Shown: one piece after another, positions 61,966 through 64,000 of the stretch
Layout: each line of letters starts with the position of its first letter
Numbering within the stretch: the first letter of the stretch is position 1
Assembly (NCBI RefSeq): GCF_004010195.1
Contig: NC_057760.1
Coordinates: 941,909 to 1,005,908, forward strand
Direction: 5' to 3'
DNA: 64,000 nucleotides
From: Chiloscyllium plagiosum
Lineage: Eukaryota
Made by a program: the position numbers and the translations under genes
Notes under the pieces: generated by a model
Databases searched by the model: none
What the model was told of the DNA's origin: nothing
The model's input: the letters and a program-made list of their open reading frames with translations, nothing else

Positions 61966-64000
61966 GTCATACACTTTCAAATCATATTGGACATTCTGCT
62001 TGGAACTAATGACCCGCTTTCAAGACAGTGAAAAAAAAAGATCAATCAGGGGCAGCTTTCACCGTTGATTGGTCGAGAACAATGCAACATCTGGCAGGAG
62101 GGTGGGAAAAAACCATATCAACCTTTCAATGGCCTGAAGTTTCAAAATACAAGAAAAAGGTTCTGAAGTTGCTGATCCAGGTAGAAAACCACAAATTAAC
62201 TCAACACACCCAACAAGCAAGAGATTTCTCCACCTTCAGTAGACTGTCCATTGTGTCAAAAGCCCAAATCCACCATTCGTTGACGGTAAAACTTTCAGAA
62301 GCTTTAAAAGCATGTGATGAGAGAACTGAAACCAACGTTTTCATTTTTGCTTTGGAACTGCAGGCAGACTCGATCCTCGCTGCCAACATAGTGCTGATAT
62401 TCAAAGGACGATTGTGTGTGCAAACACCGGAGGGTGAGGTGAAGCCTGAAAATGGCCCACTGTTCACATGAGACACATTCTGGGGATCCGCTGTAGCAGC
62501 AAGTCTAATCCATCACCACAATCCGGGGTTGCACATGCGGCTTTAGCCAGTTCAAAGGAGGCCAGCAACGATTGTGCTGCCTCCACGACTATCTTGATGG
62601 GAAATGCTCTCAATGCTTTTACCTTTTTCAGCTGGAGTCATGCAAGATGTTCAAGAAATCCCTTTGGTTCAAACTACTCCACACACCATGTTGCAGCCCT
62701 TTTTTTTTGTCAAGTTCTTTTTCTCAAAAGAAATTTTTTAAAAATAAAAATTATGAATGGCAATTTACATCTTAACGAAAACAGCAAAAGATCAATCTTT
62801 TATCTCCCAGCAATATTCTTTACAGACACTCAACCCCAGTGAAGTATCATGCCTATTTCTTACTGAACAGGCAAGGTCGTAAGCATTTCTTTTCAGCAAC
62901 TTTCTGCACATTCACCAGATCGGACTCGCTCCATTATTTTCTCTCCCCAAACCCACAGTCACCCAGGTTAGCTAACTTTTAAGCCGCTCATCAGCCCATT
63001 TTTAGTATGACTCTTTTTTTCTGAACTGCCACTTCTTTCGGCTGCTTACTAAAGCTCCAAGTTAATAACTGGTAACAACTGCCCAGGTTACTTTCATCAT
63101 TTCTGAGATATGTGAAAGGCCCCCCTTATATAAACTGAACTCAAAGTGGCAGAGAATGAAAGGGAAAGGTGGAGACTATCCAGTTCAGGAAAGCTATCAA
63201 TAATCAGGAGTATTCAACCAAACATACTACAAAGGATTTGGCACAACAAAAATATTGAGAAGGAAAGTTGCACATAGCAAGGGCAAGTAACTAGGAGAGC
63301 ACCGATGAATATCAAGGCCAGGTGAATGACGAGTACAGGTAGTGATAAATAGAAGGGCCCAGTGTTGAGGAACCCAAGTGGCATGAAAGTAGAATCAACG
63401 TGCAAGTCATCAATTTGAGAGACGTTGATTAAAAAGATTGCAGAGTAACTGAGATTGCCATGAGCAAGCCTTCTTTTGAAACTTATAATGTTCATCTGTA
63501 ACCAAGCGTATGATGTAGATGACTCATCCATCGTCTGTATTCTACGCAATACTCGATAGGGAGGTAGTGGCACACTCGAAATGTCACTGAACCAGCAATC
63601 CAGAGGCAATACTCTGGGTGGGAGTTAAAATTCCACTACGGCAGCTGGTGCAAGTTCCACTGAACTACAAAGTGGGTCTCGGTGATGGTGACCATGACAA
63701 CCATTACCAACTGCCATAAAAACCCATCTAGATCACTGATGCTCTTTGGGAAAGTCCTCATTCCAGATCCACAGTCATGTTCTCAATCCTTAACTGTGCT
63801 CTGAAATGTTCTAGCGTGCCTCTCAGTACAAGTAGAGCTTTTGGTTATCTTTTCTTCTGTGTAAATAACGTGCATTCTTTTGTGCAAAGTACATCGACAG
63901 CTTCACGTGAATATGTTCAGTCCACCATAGCCTACTCACAGTTTCATCAAAGCAGGTGCCAATCTGGAATTCAAGCTGCCCAGTGTTACCATCAGTTAGG

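Noticed and set aside
59470..64000. CGN promoter or non-coding first exon
   Set aside because: No CpG island or convincing exon with a donor site; the region looks like intron with old repeats.

Overview
Eukaryotic genomic DNA, inferred to be from a shark or other cartilaginous fish because of its HE1-like SINEs and abundant CR1 LINEs. The window lies inside one minus-strand gene, cingulin (CGN). I traced 15 coding exons by eye, from the ATG at 58448 to 1059; all have GT-AG boundaries and consistent phase, and together give 3420 nt (1140 codons). The gene continues beyond position 1, and I could not locate the non-coding first exon. The introns contain CR1 LINE fragments, tRNA-derived SINEs, Rex1-like and Tx1/L1-like LINEs, a Penelope element, pogo/Tigger-like MITEs, solo-LTR candidates and a perfect 198-copy 12-bp array. 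Most notable: (1) short, often palindromic Penelope-derived elements carrying minimal hammerhead ribozyme motifs; (2) a Mutator (MULE) element with long TIRs and a 9-bp TSD nested in a SINE; (3) two possible routes to a head-only cingulin, an intronic poly(A) signal overlapping the donor and inverted CR1 copies flanking the exon; (4) a three-exon internal duplication in the rod domain. Family assignments come from recalled motifs, not searches. Repeat boundaries without a TSD are approximate. N gaps: 10134-10332, 21020-21037 and 56569-56692.
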